Source of the DNA: Vitrella brassicaformis CCMP3155
Taxonomy: Eukaryota > Protista > Chromerida
Assembly (NCBI GenBank): GCA_001179505.1
Contig: CDMY01000247.1
Coordinates: forward strand, 62,001-126,000
DNA: 64,000 nucleotides
Direction of reading: 5' to 3'
The notes below the pieces were generated by a model. The model made no database searches. It worked only from the letters and a program-made list of their open reading frames with translations, and had not been told where the DNA came from. Positions 23,921 to 35,700 of this stretch are shown here, piece by piece; the first letter of the stretch is position 1; every line of letters begins with the position of its first letter. Position numbers and translations under genes: made by a program.

Positions 23921-25437
23921 ACTGACCAGACTGCTTGGAGGGGAGGGAGGAGGGAGGGGTTTGTGTGCGTTGATCCCCGTCAGCCCCTCCCCGGTGGACA
24001 TGCCGCCAACTGCGTCTCGCGTCAGAGGCGGAGGCGGAAAGGAGCGGGGTGAGGCATGCCAACCGGCGAGTCATGTCTCAGTGCCCATTCGGTGTTGACG
24101 TTTGTTGTTTCTTCTTCCAGGTCTGCCTTTATCGGTGTCTACATTTTATATCCTGGAGGCGTATTCTCTTCTTCACTCGTCGCTCAGTGCCGATCTTTCT
24201 GGCAACAAAGACACGCAGGGCGCTCTGACGCTTGGGAGCGGCCTTTTTTCTAGCACTCTTTTTTATTCGCTTGAGCTGTTGGCGAGAAGCAAACCGGGAA
24301 AAGATGAACGCTCAATTTGGTTTTGGTTTTGGGAGCTGACACGCGTCAAACTTCTGTCGTGCAGCCCAATAAATAACTGTTCGACGAGTCAGCTGGTGTC
24401 GCACAGTGCACTGACAGCACACGGCAGACGCACACACACGACAAACTGCACAAGGCAAAGGATCTCGCTGACCTATGACATAGACAGCTGTGCGGGAAAA
24501 GCTCACGCACGAACTCAACACTAGACATGCAAACGAGTGGACAAATGATTCAGCCGAATCAGCCCCATACACAGAGTACCCTTCACATCAAGGCAGGCAG
24601 GCAGGCAGGTGTGTACGTGCCTTCGTGTGTAAAGGTCACAGCCGTCCATCCCAAGACTAACTAATGGAGGCAGACACACAGACAGACAGATAGACAGACA
24701 GGTGAAGATTGGCATGGCGAGTGGCATTTGCCGCCGCCACGCTCACTTCCCCACCTACAGACACATAGACAAGAAAAAGCATCCATCCCTGCGTCCCAAC
24801 AGCAGCAGAGGACCTGACTACACGACCTGCCTTTGCGAGCAACAAGCACACGAAATACCTACACACACACACACACACATACTTGTACGGCGACCAAAAT
24901 CGGGACCGAGAGCCACAACTGGGACGAACGGCAACAGCAGCCCAGCGAGTGGGTATGGCGTGCAACACAGCGCTGGCCATGACGAGTATGCAGCCTGCAT
25001 CAGTCAAGGCAGGCAGGTACGTGTGTGTGTAGGTCTCTCTCTCTCTCTCTCTGACCCTCTCTCTCTCAGTGTACGTGGCCAAAACTCACAGCCATCCAGC
25101 TGGCCATACGCAGACACTGCCTTTGCGTGACGGCCACTAGTGACACGTGGGGTCGCCACCTTCACAATCCATGAAAGCACACACGCAGACACACGCACAG
25201 TCAGACAAACGACCCAAACACACATACGATCTCTCTTTGAGAGCACTCGACAGACAGCCAGACAGGTCCGCATGGCATCTCCGATTGGAGCATGCTGCAG
25301 AGCGCTGTCCATACATTCCCATGAACACACATCCCAAGCAGACAGACAGACAGACGGGCACCCATGACGCACGCATACCATGGAATGCATTGCACCGCCG
25401 CACGAATGTCACTCAGTCACTCGGTCTTTCGCTCTCT

Positions 25438-26716
25438 CAGGGGCGCCGCTTGACGGCCACGTGTGTGTACTCAGCACGGCCGCCGGTCTTGCTGCACGGC
25501 GGCGGGCTGACGAAGACCCCCAGGGGAGTGGACAGCTTGCGCACGTCGAAACCGAGGAAGGGGCGGTAGCTCAGGTGGGTCCTTCAAAGCACGGCCAACT
25601 GTCTGCTCATCTGCACACAAATAGGCACGTCGCAAATAACAAAATCCAAGTGTTCCATGTGGGTCGTGTGCGTGTACTGTTCTCTGCTCACTTGTTCCGT
25701 CGAGGGCAGCGCGTCTGCACCGAGGTGAACATGTGCCTCACCTCGTAGAGAAGCAGACCCTTCCCCCCTCTCTGGTCCCACTCGCCGCCCTCCGCCGACT
25801 CGCCCACCCCGCTGTGCTCGATGAGGACGTGGGCGTCTGCCACCGCCAGAGGCCTCGCCTGGACCACCAGCGTCGGGTGACGACCACCTGCCTCTCCGAA
25901 GTGCCGCTCGTCCTGGCGGCGGATGGTGAGGGAAGGGGTCAACAAGACGGGGGAGTGTGGCAGCTTCCGCTTGGCGGCCCTCTTATGGTCGCTTGTGTCA
26001 TCAAGGAAAGGGGCGGCGGTCTGACGTGGGGTCTGCCAGATGGACGAGGGCAGGGCCGTCATCGTGGGCTCGCTGTCAGGTGTGCAGAGGTTCGTCTGCT
26101 CCTCAGTGTCGAACAGTCGCATGGGCGAGTCGAGGCCGAAAGGCTGCTGCTGCTCCGGATGTTGTGGTCTCCACACCGGCGACTCGCACTCGAGCTTGAC
26201 GGGCATGTCCAGAGGCAGCAACGACTTCTCAGCCAATGCGCCGATTGGCGGCCCTCCCAAACTCACGAATGACGCCTCGCTGCTGTCTGGTGAGGCGCAC
26301 TGGAAGGGCGACTCGTCTGGCCTCATCCAGAAGGGCTTGGATGTCAGCAGTGTTGGCAGGCCATTCGCTTCGCTGCGGTCGTCGTCGTCATCTGATGACA
26401 GGCAGGGAGGAGAAAGGAGCACAGGGCTGAGAAGGCTGATGCTCATAGTGCCGGGCTTCGTCGAGGAAAAGATCATCCTCTCAATCCTGAGACTGGGGGC
26501 GTCGGCGTCTCAGGGGGAACAGCCTGTGTGGCAAAGATGCTGGGGTCCCTGCACAGCCGGCAAGCTCCCCGACTGCAGGGCCAGGAGGGCGGCAGAGGGA
26601 GAGACGGCCGCAGCCGCCCCAGTGGTGTTGAGGAGGCGTGCTACATCCAGCTGCCGAGAGTCGACGAGGGCGACGCTGCCGCACAGCAGGCCATCCACCA
26701 CACACAGACGGGCCAT
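25438..26716 (-). CDS. Hypothetical protein; one in-frame TGA at 26510-26512 if the upstream ATG is used
   Basis: Long exon (ORF 25688-26476) plus last exon THLSYRPFLGFDVRKLSTPLGVFVSPP...VAVKRRP*; upstream MARLCVVDGLLCG.. is in the same frame. Confidence 0.5.
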
Positions 26717-26810
26717 CCCAAGGTCACCTTGCAATGCTCCTAGTGCACCTCTGCGTGTCTGGCCATCGGCCTCTGATGTCTGTGTCCCTCCCTCCCTCAA
26801 GGCATTGCAG

Positions 26811-29800
26811 ATGTCAGCGTCGGCCTCGAGTGACCAGGTCCCTCTGCTGCAGGACGATGAGCAAGGGCTGATGGAGCCCCAGCTGCCGGACGTCACCGAT
26901 GACATCGCCAAGGCACCGAGACGCATCGAACAGGTCTATGGCTGTGATGCCGACAGCGGCACGAGGTCACTCTCTGAGTGGTCTGTTGGACGTCTGTGTG
27001 TCATCTGCAGGTGCCCCTGGTGGGTGCCCCGGCCGCCGACGATTGGGAACCGACTCAGTCGCTGAGAGACAGCATCAAAGAGGTCATCTATGAATCAGAT
27101 GCGGAGGGTCTGCGGAAGGCCCTCGCCGATCTCTCGCCTGAGCAAGTGGAGAAGGTGCTGACGACTGGAGAATGGAAATGGCGCTCGGAGGACTCTGCCA
27201 TCCACTATGCCGCACGTATGCATCATCGCATCACTACACACACATGATGCAGCTACGTGATCTCTGTGTGCGCTTCTCAGAGAAGTGTAAGGATGTGGCT
27301 GTGTTTGAGGTGCTGCTGGACAACCGACGCCACCTGCTCAACCTGAAAGACAAGGTATCGTGCTCGACACTTACACTCATTCTGCTTATTCGCCCGATCG
27401 GTGTCTTCACTGCAATCTTCATGCTGTGTCTGTAGGGTGGCAGGACGCCTCTTCATTTGGCAACAAGAGAAGGGTCAGATGATGTTGTGTCGAAGTTCAT
27501 CGAGTGGGGCGGGAAGGAACTGCTGGAAGCTAAAGACATCGTAAGGACGAGGGAATGTCGAGTGGTGCATTGAACACCATGTGTGTCTTGTTCATGCTGT
27601 GATTCAGGATGGCAACACGCCTCTTCATTTGGCAGCAGGGAGCGGGTCAGTTGATGTCGTGGAGAAGTTCATCAAGTGGGGCGGAAAGGAACTGCTGGAG
27701 GCTCGGAACGAGGTGAGGACGAGGGAGTGTCGAGTGGTGCATTGAACAGCATGTGTCTCTTGTTCATGCTGTGATTCAGAATGGCAACACGCCCCTTCAT
27801 ATGGTAGCAACAGGTGGTGTTGTGGAGAAGTTTGTTGAGTGGGGCGGAAAAAAACTGCTGGAAGCTCGAAACACCGTATGGACCAGGGAACGTCGACTTA
27901 TGCATTGGACAGCATGTGTGTCTTGTTCATGCTGTGATTCAGCATGGCGAGACGCGAGGCGTGAAAGCACAAGATTTGAACGTTCAGCATCTCAAGGAGG
28001 TGGTGCCTTCCGCAAAGGAGTTCCTGAAGGAGCACTCTGAGTCGCTGGGCCTCGACAGCCTTCGCTGCTGTGCCGTCTTTCGCCAACTGATGAAATTGCG
28101 CCCCAAGGACTCCCTCACAGATGACCTTGCCAATTTTTCCAACTGGCAGGAGGTAAACAATGACGGACACACAGAGCACAGCAGTCTTCACCTCTGCACT
28201 GACTGGCCAATCTATTCAGGCGCTCACAGCCAATTTCTGCAGCGATACAGATTGGTATCGCTTCAAGTGGTCACTTACAGGCAAAGAGAGAGAATGGTTT
28301 GCAACGCTCGAGTCTGCGGAGCCCCTCTCTGTCGTCACCCAAGGTAAGCCGCACAAGCGATCTCCTCGTTTCTCTGTCGGTCCGCTCATGTCTCCTCCGT
28401 CTCTCTGTCAATGATTGTGACAGCCAACTGCATCTCTCTCGTAACAAGGCATTGGCAGAAAAACTACGAAAACTGGAGGCTTCAGCTGTCACCCCGTGAA
28501 GTGTTCTTCAGCCGCGTGCTGTCAATGCTGCTGATGTGAGACCACAGCCATGGACAACGATGCAGGCAGAGAGAAGCATCTCTGTCTGTCTGTGTGTGTT
28601 GCAGGGTGTCCTTTGTGCTTCTGCACATCGAGTCGATCAAGGGATAAAGCGGCATGATGATGGCGGGAGCCTGGCCGCCGGTGTGGCTCTGGGGCTCAGT
28701 GCTGACGGGCAGCGGCTTCATCCTTCTGGAAATCTTCCAAGTAAGACAGATCAGAGAAGACATGCCTGACTGAGCAATGTGTGCCTCTGTGTGCCTGTAG
28801 GGCATCCGGCTGAAGGCAGCGTACTGGGCCGACTCATGGTACGCGTCAGGCTTCGAGCCGGCGGCTCCATTTGTTTGCTGTCGGTGTGTGTGTGTGGGGA
28901 TCCATGAAGGAATTGGGTGGATGCTGGAAGTTCACTGGCCATCATCGCCTTCATTGCCATCCACTTCGCTGGCTGGTCGGAGGAGGCGGAAGTGAGCTCA
29001 GGGATCGTCATAGCGCTGCTCTTTGCGCTTCGCCTCCTCCAAACCGCCAGCCTGCACCCAGCGTCGGACCACTCATACTGTCAGTGAGAGAGAGACAGAG
29101 AGACAGACACAGAGAGGTCATGTCTGATGCTGTGTGTGACGGGTGTGTGTGTCAGTGCGGTTGTGAGGATGTTTTCGGACATCAGCATGTTTCTGTGTCT
29201 GTACGTCTACATCCTGCTGGTCTTCGCGGTCGTCTTCACCCTCCTCTCCTCCGACGAAGACCACCAGTACTTCGGCTCCTTCGCCAAAGCCACGCTCACG
29301 CTGTACTCGATGACACCGACACACACAGAGAGAGAGCGCCAGTCGTCATGCTGTTGGTTGGCTGGCTGCATTAGTTTCTACGGGGGTCTTGGCGACTTCA
29401 ATGATGCGCTGACGAACGCCATCGAGAGCCACGACACACTGGGGACCGTCCTGCTGTTCACATACGTCATCCTCTCGTCCATCATACTCGTACGTCAGAC
29501 TCAGCAACACACATACACTTAAAGGAGCTCAACGAGCCGCACAAAAGGACTCCCTTTGTTGTCTCTCTGTCTCTTTGTCTGACCGCATCGATAGCTCAAC
29601 CTGCTCATTGCCATCATGGTGAGACACACACAAGGGACATCGAGCGTGTCATAAGACTGAACAACGCTCCTGTATGTGTGTCTGTCTGTCTGTCTCTCTC
29701 TATGTCAGGCGTCGACGTATGCGGTTATCGAGCAAACACAGACTGCCCAATATCAGTAAGAGAGACAGACAGACCGCGACACATTATGGCTCTCTCTTTG

Positions 29801-30829
29801 TCCGTGAATGACTGAGTGCAGGTTGCTGCGCGTCCGCGTGTTGAATGAGTACCTCACAATGCCGCACCACGAGCGCCTCCCGCCGCCATTCAACCTCATC
29901 GGTCGGTGCGGCCGACAAGAGACATCAACTGCACCCACAACATGTGAGCATAATCTGTGTGTGTGCAGCTGTGGTCGTGTCGGAGCCCCTGCGCTATGTC
30001 GCCTCCCTCATCAGCGGCCGGCAGTCGGCACTCTGCCGCATCGACGAGAAGGTGCCGCATTGCCTTCTCGTCGATGAAGGCCATCTACTGCACCGTCGAT
30101 GCGCTCCTATTTGCCGTCGCCTTCACACCAATTGCCATCTACCGTCACCTGGAGAAGCTTCAGCAATGCATACGGGACGAGATACAGCGGCGACAGTACT
30201 GGACCCTTGACAATACTGGAGAGAGGATACAGAAGACAGTCCAGATCTGGGACGCATTCAAAATACTCGGTGTCATCCTCGTGATGCCCTTGTATCTTCT
30301 GTACCATTACGTCAATTACGTCAAAGCAGAGGTGAGAGTTCCAAGTGGCCAATCCCATCCAGCAATGGAATCTGTCTGTGGTGCCAAAGGAATCTTACGA
30401 GGACACTGAGGAGTGGAAAGCCAGAGAGAGGCGTGAAGCACGGGACGGATACAAAGACAGCATCGACGAGTGGATGGAGGCTGCGGATCACCACCACTCA
30501 AACTTCCCTGACGTCATGGCAGGTGACACAGAAGAGACACACAATCACACATGCATAACTGCGTCTCTATTCGGTGTTCTGCAGCCCTCAAGCACAACCA
30601 AACTTCTCAATTCGAGATGCTGTCAGGTGACAATGACAGCAATCAAGACAAGTTGAACTCAGTCATCTCCGCATTTGCTTGCGCCTCAGTCTTGAAGAAG
30701 ATGGAAACCGAAATACGGAAACAGCTAAAACAGATGGACGAGCGACGGACGAAGATGGAATCACAGCAGAAAGAAGTCTGGAAACAAGTGGACGAGCGAT
30801 TGACCAAGATAGAGGCGAAGATCAACTAG
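26811..30829 (+). pseudogene. Second ankyrin-repeat TRP-like channel copy, disabled
   Basis: Exon-by-exon paralog of 44-3377, including intron sequences. TAA at 28645-28647 replaces GAC; 19-nt frameshifting insertion at ~30041-30059; the block between DGKT and ERGVK is missing (HGET-RGVK fusion at ~27955). Confidence 0.8.
27436..27954 (+). repeat. Tandem exon+intron units, one ankyrin repeat each (172-nt period)
   Basis: Exons 27436-27540, 27608-27712 and 27780-27875, each followed by a near-identical 67-nt phase-0 intron. Confidence 0.9.
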
Positions 30830-31339
30830 AAGCAAGACAACAACAGCTGCACGGCTCTCGGGCGGACGAAAAACAAATCAAATGCGATGCATAGCCAATT
30901 CACATATGCACGGAGACAGACATTGAGCTGATCGACTCAAATCACGTCTGCCCATTCGCTACATTTGAACATGAAATGCGAATTCTGTCCATTTGCCGAT
31001 TGAGGACTGATGAGTGTACTATGTGTCTGAGTCATGTACACATGAGAGTGCCACGCGTTTTGTGACGTATACGTCAACCGACGTCACCACACTCACGACG
31101 ACGCATGGCAATGTTGCCCACCCCCTGCTCGTCTCTCTTGGCCGCTGTGACTGTTCTCTTCCCTGCCGAAATCTCCGATACCACGAGCTCGGTCCCAGGG
31201 GATTCTCCTGCCCCATGTGATCCTCACTATAGTCGTATCTCTGTGCGAGAACTCCAACAACGTGCTGGATGCCGGCTGGTGTTTGCCCCTTGCGGTCCAG
31301 GGCACACCAACAGCGGCAGAGCACTGAACCGTCATCATG

Positions 31340-32365
31340 GCCATCACAAAACTCCTGACCCTCCTGGTGGTAGCGGCTTGCAAACGATAAGTACTCGAGC
31401 GCCATCGACAGCTGGTGATGCGCGTAGGCGAGCGGTGAACGTGCGGGGTCGGCAGGCGAACATGCCTGCTTGTCAAGAGCAAGCAGGCTGGCGTCTTCAG
31501 CAGACCTCCGCACGGCATCCGCACTTGTCGCCTGGTGCCGGCTCGACGCCACCATTGGCGATGATCCGCACACTCTGATCTCCTTTAGTCTGACGGTAGC
31601 CTCCCAATCGCAGTTGGTGTTGAATCGTGTGCGGTCACGGAGACAGACGAAGGCCACGTCGGCAGCCTCGAGACAGTGTGAACTGTCCTCTCCCGCGGGC
31701 AGCAGGCGACACGGGCTTGGTCTAGTGCAAACGCAGCCCTCCACCATCCTCGCGACTGTAGGCAGATCCTCTAGCACTGCAACCAACCACACACCCAGAC
31801 AGACAGACAGACAGACAATACACGACGGTGAAAGCGTCCATCTCGTCTCATCCATCTCGCTTACGGAATGTGCCGTATCCGCCGGTCCTGGCGGAGCCCT
31901 GTCGACAGCCCAGATTAATGTCAATCATGTCAGCAAAGGGCTTCAGCGCCTTGGCGGTTTCGATGAAGTGTGCCGTGGAGTTGCCGCAGAGCTGCACACT
32001 CAGAGAATGGTCGTCCACCAACTGAACATCTGATCAATTGGAATGGCGAGAGTCGTGCAGTCAGGTGTGTGTTCCTGGTGCCTTACTTGCATCACTCTGT
32101 CCATGATATTGGGATACTCGAGCACAATCCTGCTGTGCACCATCGGCCTGCACGGCAAATCTGCACAAGCAACCCACACCAGAAACAAGCAACGCAGAGA
32201 GGAATGCGCTGACAACAATTCGCGTTTGCTGCCCAGCGTACCCACGCCGTATTTTCTGGTCATCATGCGGAAGGCTGCCTCGCTTTGCAAAACCATCGGC
32301 GAACAGACATACCGCGGCGACCCCAGAGATGTTCTCCACACGTCCCAGGAAGATTCGCCGTCCAT
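31340..32365 (-). pseudogene. DUS1: tRNA-dihydrouridine synthase DUS1-like, degenerate
   Basis: WDVWRTSLGSPRYVCSPMVLQSEAAFRMMTRKYG, PMVHSRI, VQLCGN..MIDINLGCRQGSARTGGYG, CDWEA, ALEYL. GCPQ is GCRQ, HGRT is RDRT, and the KIR segment was not found. 3' end approximate. Confidence 0.75.
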
Positions 32366-32770
32366 CGCAGAGAAGCTGCGCCGAGACAACCTCTTGCGCC
32401 TCTTGCGATGCAGACAGGGCGCTGTTTGTCACAGATCTCGGCTCGTCAGCTCACGAGGCTGGGACGAACAATGAACAATGAACGCTTCAGAATCTGAACG
32501 GGGAAGAGCAAGCAGGACACACAGCCAAACTCATCCAATAGCTCCGTAGTTGGAATGTTTCGCTGCCTTCCGTCCTTCTTTCCACCCGCATTCAAGCTCG
32601 CACTTCGGCTGACCTGTTCGCTTTGTTTTTGTAGCTGTTCGTGCCGAACCAGGCTCCATTGAGCTCTGATGGGTTCGTCGAGGGGGATGCCGTTCAGCTG
32701 AGTCTCGACTCCCTCTCTTTGTTTTTGTTTGACATCGTGTAAGGCGACGCGATAGCTCGTGAGCAGAGGA

Positions 32771-35700
32771 ATGTCGATGAGTGACGCAGGCAACGTGGCC
32801 ACAAGGATAGAGGGTGAGACACGATTGTTGGGCAACGTTCACGACAAGAACGACAAACCCTTCCCTTCGACGTCTTTTGTCGTTTGGGCAGGTGGTGAGT
32901 CCTACGCGCCTCAGCCGAGCGCGGAGGCTCCCCTGTCTTCCACTGACGAGTCGCTGCACAAGGACCCCCCTCTCCAGCCCTCATGTCAGGCTCCCGTCTT
33001 CAGACCGCCACCCGACTTGGTTCCCAAACCTAATCACAGCCCACCAGACAGACCTCAGACGGCTGTTCCGATGCCGGCCGAGCCCCCGGAGGCCGCCAAG
33101 CCTCCCGCCGCACCAGCAGCTGCGACGAAGAAGGCTGGCGTGTCCCCTGACAAAAGAGACATGGGTGGTGTGTGTGAGGAGGTGGTTTGTGCGCACGGGT
33201 GTATTGGCCGCTGGTCGGCCAAGTGGGCGTGTGAGGGCGGCTATGCGGGTCAGGCGGAGCACCCCAGGAGCGCCCATAGCCTCATCGCACAGTTCGACGC
33301 CGCATACCGAAAGAACCCCTTCCCCAGCGACGAGAAAGGACGCGACACATGGTACCTACAAACGTACATGAAGCACGTATTACATGTGTACACGTCCATG
33401 TCTGTGAGTGACAGACAGACAAGTACATGGACAGCACGTCACAGATTCGGTCTGTCTAATGCCGCTTGTCCTCATGTGCGTGCACCGCAGGTTTAAGACT
33501 CAGTCGTTTTTCAAGACAATCGGCAAGCGCACTCAGCGAGAGTTCCTCGACGACCTCACACTCACGCTCGACTGCCGGCGGCTCATCCGATGCGCCGCAG
33601 ACGTCAGAAACCGACTCGCACCGACACACGCAGCGGACAAAGCAATGGACAGGGTGAGTGTGAGACACACAAACAAAACAACAAACAACAGCATCATCAA
33701 GTGAAGCGTCTCTGCTTTCCGTGTGTCAGATGGATGAGGATACTGGCGATGATCCCGCCTCACAGCTGCGATCGGTACATGAACATAACCAAACACTCAC
33801 TCCGTCTATTGTGCTTCCTTGTCTGTGTGCAGGTCTCGCGTGCCCTTCAGGAGCGCACCAAAGAGATAGCCGCCGTGCGATCCCACGCACACAATGAACA
33901 CCTAGCCAACACACGAATCTGCTTGTCTTGACGCATTGTCCGTTCGTGGTTGTGCAGGTGCGTCTGTCTATCGATCAGAAGCGGCATCTTCGCAGACTCA
34001 TCCGCAAGGAAAGGGAGGTATGCACGTCACTCACTCACCGACGAACACAAGAACGACCCGTGAGCACTGGAGGATGTGTCGTTCTCCGCTGTGTCAGGAG
34101 TTGGCAAGCAAGAGGGTGCCGGCGATGCATCTCAAGTCACGAGAAATCGAGCGTTGTAGACGAGACGTAACTTAGACGATGCCGTCCTGAAAGCATACGG
34201 GTGTATTCCTTCTTTGTCTGTGTTTGCATGCAGCTGGATATGGCGATCGGGGGCAAGGATGAGGCACTGCAGGTCTGTCTGCCAGACGCATCGATGCGCA
34301 TGTGTGTTGCCTTCACAACGTGGATGGCTGTCTGTCTCTGTGCGTGTCAGGAGTTGACGCTGATGATTCGGAACGAGAAGGCGCGGCTGACCGAGCTGGA
34401 GAGCTCACAGAAGGACCAAGAGGACAAATACAAGGTCACTCAGAATCCCACCCACCCACTATTGATCCACCGATGGATCTTTCCTCTCTGCTGGTGGCTT
34501 GTGTGTCAGGGTGCGAACAAGTCTCGCATGGCCAAGCCCACGGCTCCCATGTTCCAGGAGTGGCTGTCGGCCTCTCGCAGATCACCGGTTACCACAAAGG
34601 GGCAGCACACCAGCACCAGACGGACACACGCACACCTCTTCGTGTGTGTGCCTTTTGGTCGATCAGCACCGGCCTTCGCCCGACGGCGGCTCTCCCGCCA
34701 AGATGCCTCGTCAGGCGGACAAGTCAGGCACCTCGCCGCCCAGACCATCAGCCCCCTCGGCCCCCGCACCACCACATAGTGCACTCGGTCCCCTCCCCAC
34801 TGTGGAGAGGGGAGGCGGAGCGACGCATGAGCTGAAGGACCACCCCATCCCCCCTGTCATGGGCGGCGAGGCCGAGGCCAAGGACATGGACGCCAAGGCC
34901 CCCTCGCAGCCTTCGCCGACAGTGCCTGACGGCCTGTCCGAGTCACGACACGCCAGCTTCTCCAACCAGAGCGCAGCCAACGGCGAGCCCGACCCGACGA
35001 ACGCCTTCCCGCTCACACTGCGTCTGCGTGCGCTGATCCCCGACCGTCAGCCTTTGGGCGTCTGCCCGTGGCGGCCCACCAGGAGGGACCCGTGGGCCAA
35101 GGTCCGCGTGTGCTTCAACAAGGTGCAGACCGAGTACGTCAACATCAAGGACTTCCACCTCTCCCAGTTCCCCATGAGGGAGGCCTACCGGGAGGCCATC
35201 AAGATCCGCAACAACATCGCCGCCAGGCTGGGCCTCGCGCCTATTCCCGTCGACCAGGCCGACCACGTCCTCGACACAGAGGACTGGAGCAAGTACGAGA
35301 CACTCGACACCGCACCCAAACGGCGCAAGAGACGGCAGAGTAAGGAGCCGTCAGCGCCCGTCCCGCCCCCACACAGCGGCCGCAAGAAGGTGCCCTTCAT
35401 CGAGCAGCTCAGGTCACTCCTGCCGCCCGAGGCACCCCTCGGCCTCTCTGTCGTGGCTAACAGCTCCCGTGGTGCACCGCCGACGGCCATCGAGAAGATC
35501 ATGGTGGGGTTCCGCCAGCAGGAGGGCCAGCCGAGAGAGGAGGTGGTGTGTGCGGATTTCCCCTCCCTCAGGGAGGCTGTCGAGTGCGCGGTCGAGAAGC
35601 GCAACGCCAAGGCCGCTGAGTGGTCGCTGCACCCGCTGTCGAAAGACCAAGTTGACACCATTCTGACGCAAGTGGACTGGGCCAAGTGGGAGGGCGTGGG

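Noticed and set aside
9411-24200. Autonomous transposon carrying the kinase array
   Set aside because: No transposase, reverse transcriptase, Rep/helicase, TIRs or LTRs recognised; non-autonomous mobilisation is not excluded.
24250-25430. Possible gene or ncRNA
   Set aside because: Dominated by CA/GACA/CT repeats; likely UTR/intergenic, no RNA gene signature seen.
26040-27065. 341-aa + strand ORF
   Set aside because: Mostly the antisense shadow of the minus-strand gene; only the part from 26811 belongs to the channel.
27436-27954. Regular repeats resembling a CRISPR array
   Set aside because: They are 172-nt exon-intron units encoding ankyrin repeats in eukaryotic DNA; no cas genes or short repeat-spacer pattern.
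10570-28650. Stop-codon reassignment to explain in-frame TAG/TAA/TGA
   Set aside because: The stops co-occur with frameshifts and deletions, and intact genes end in TAG (7477, 46756), TAA (39093) and TGA (49358).
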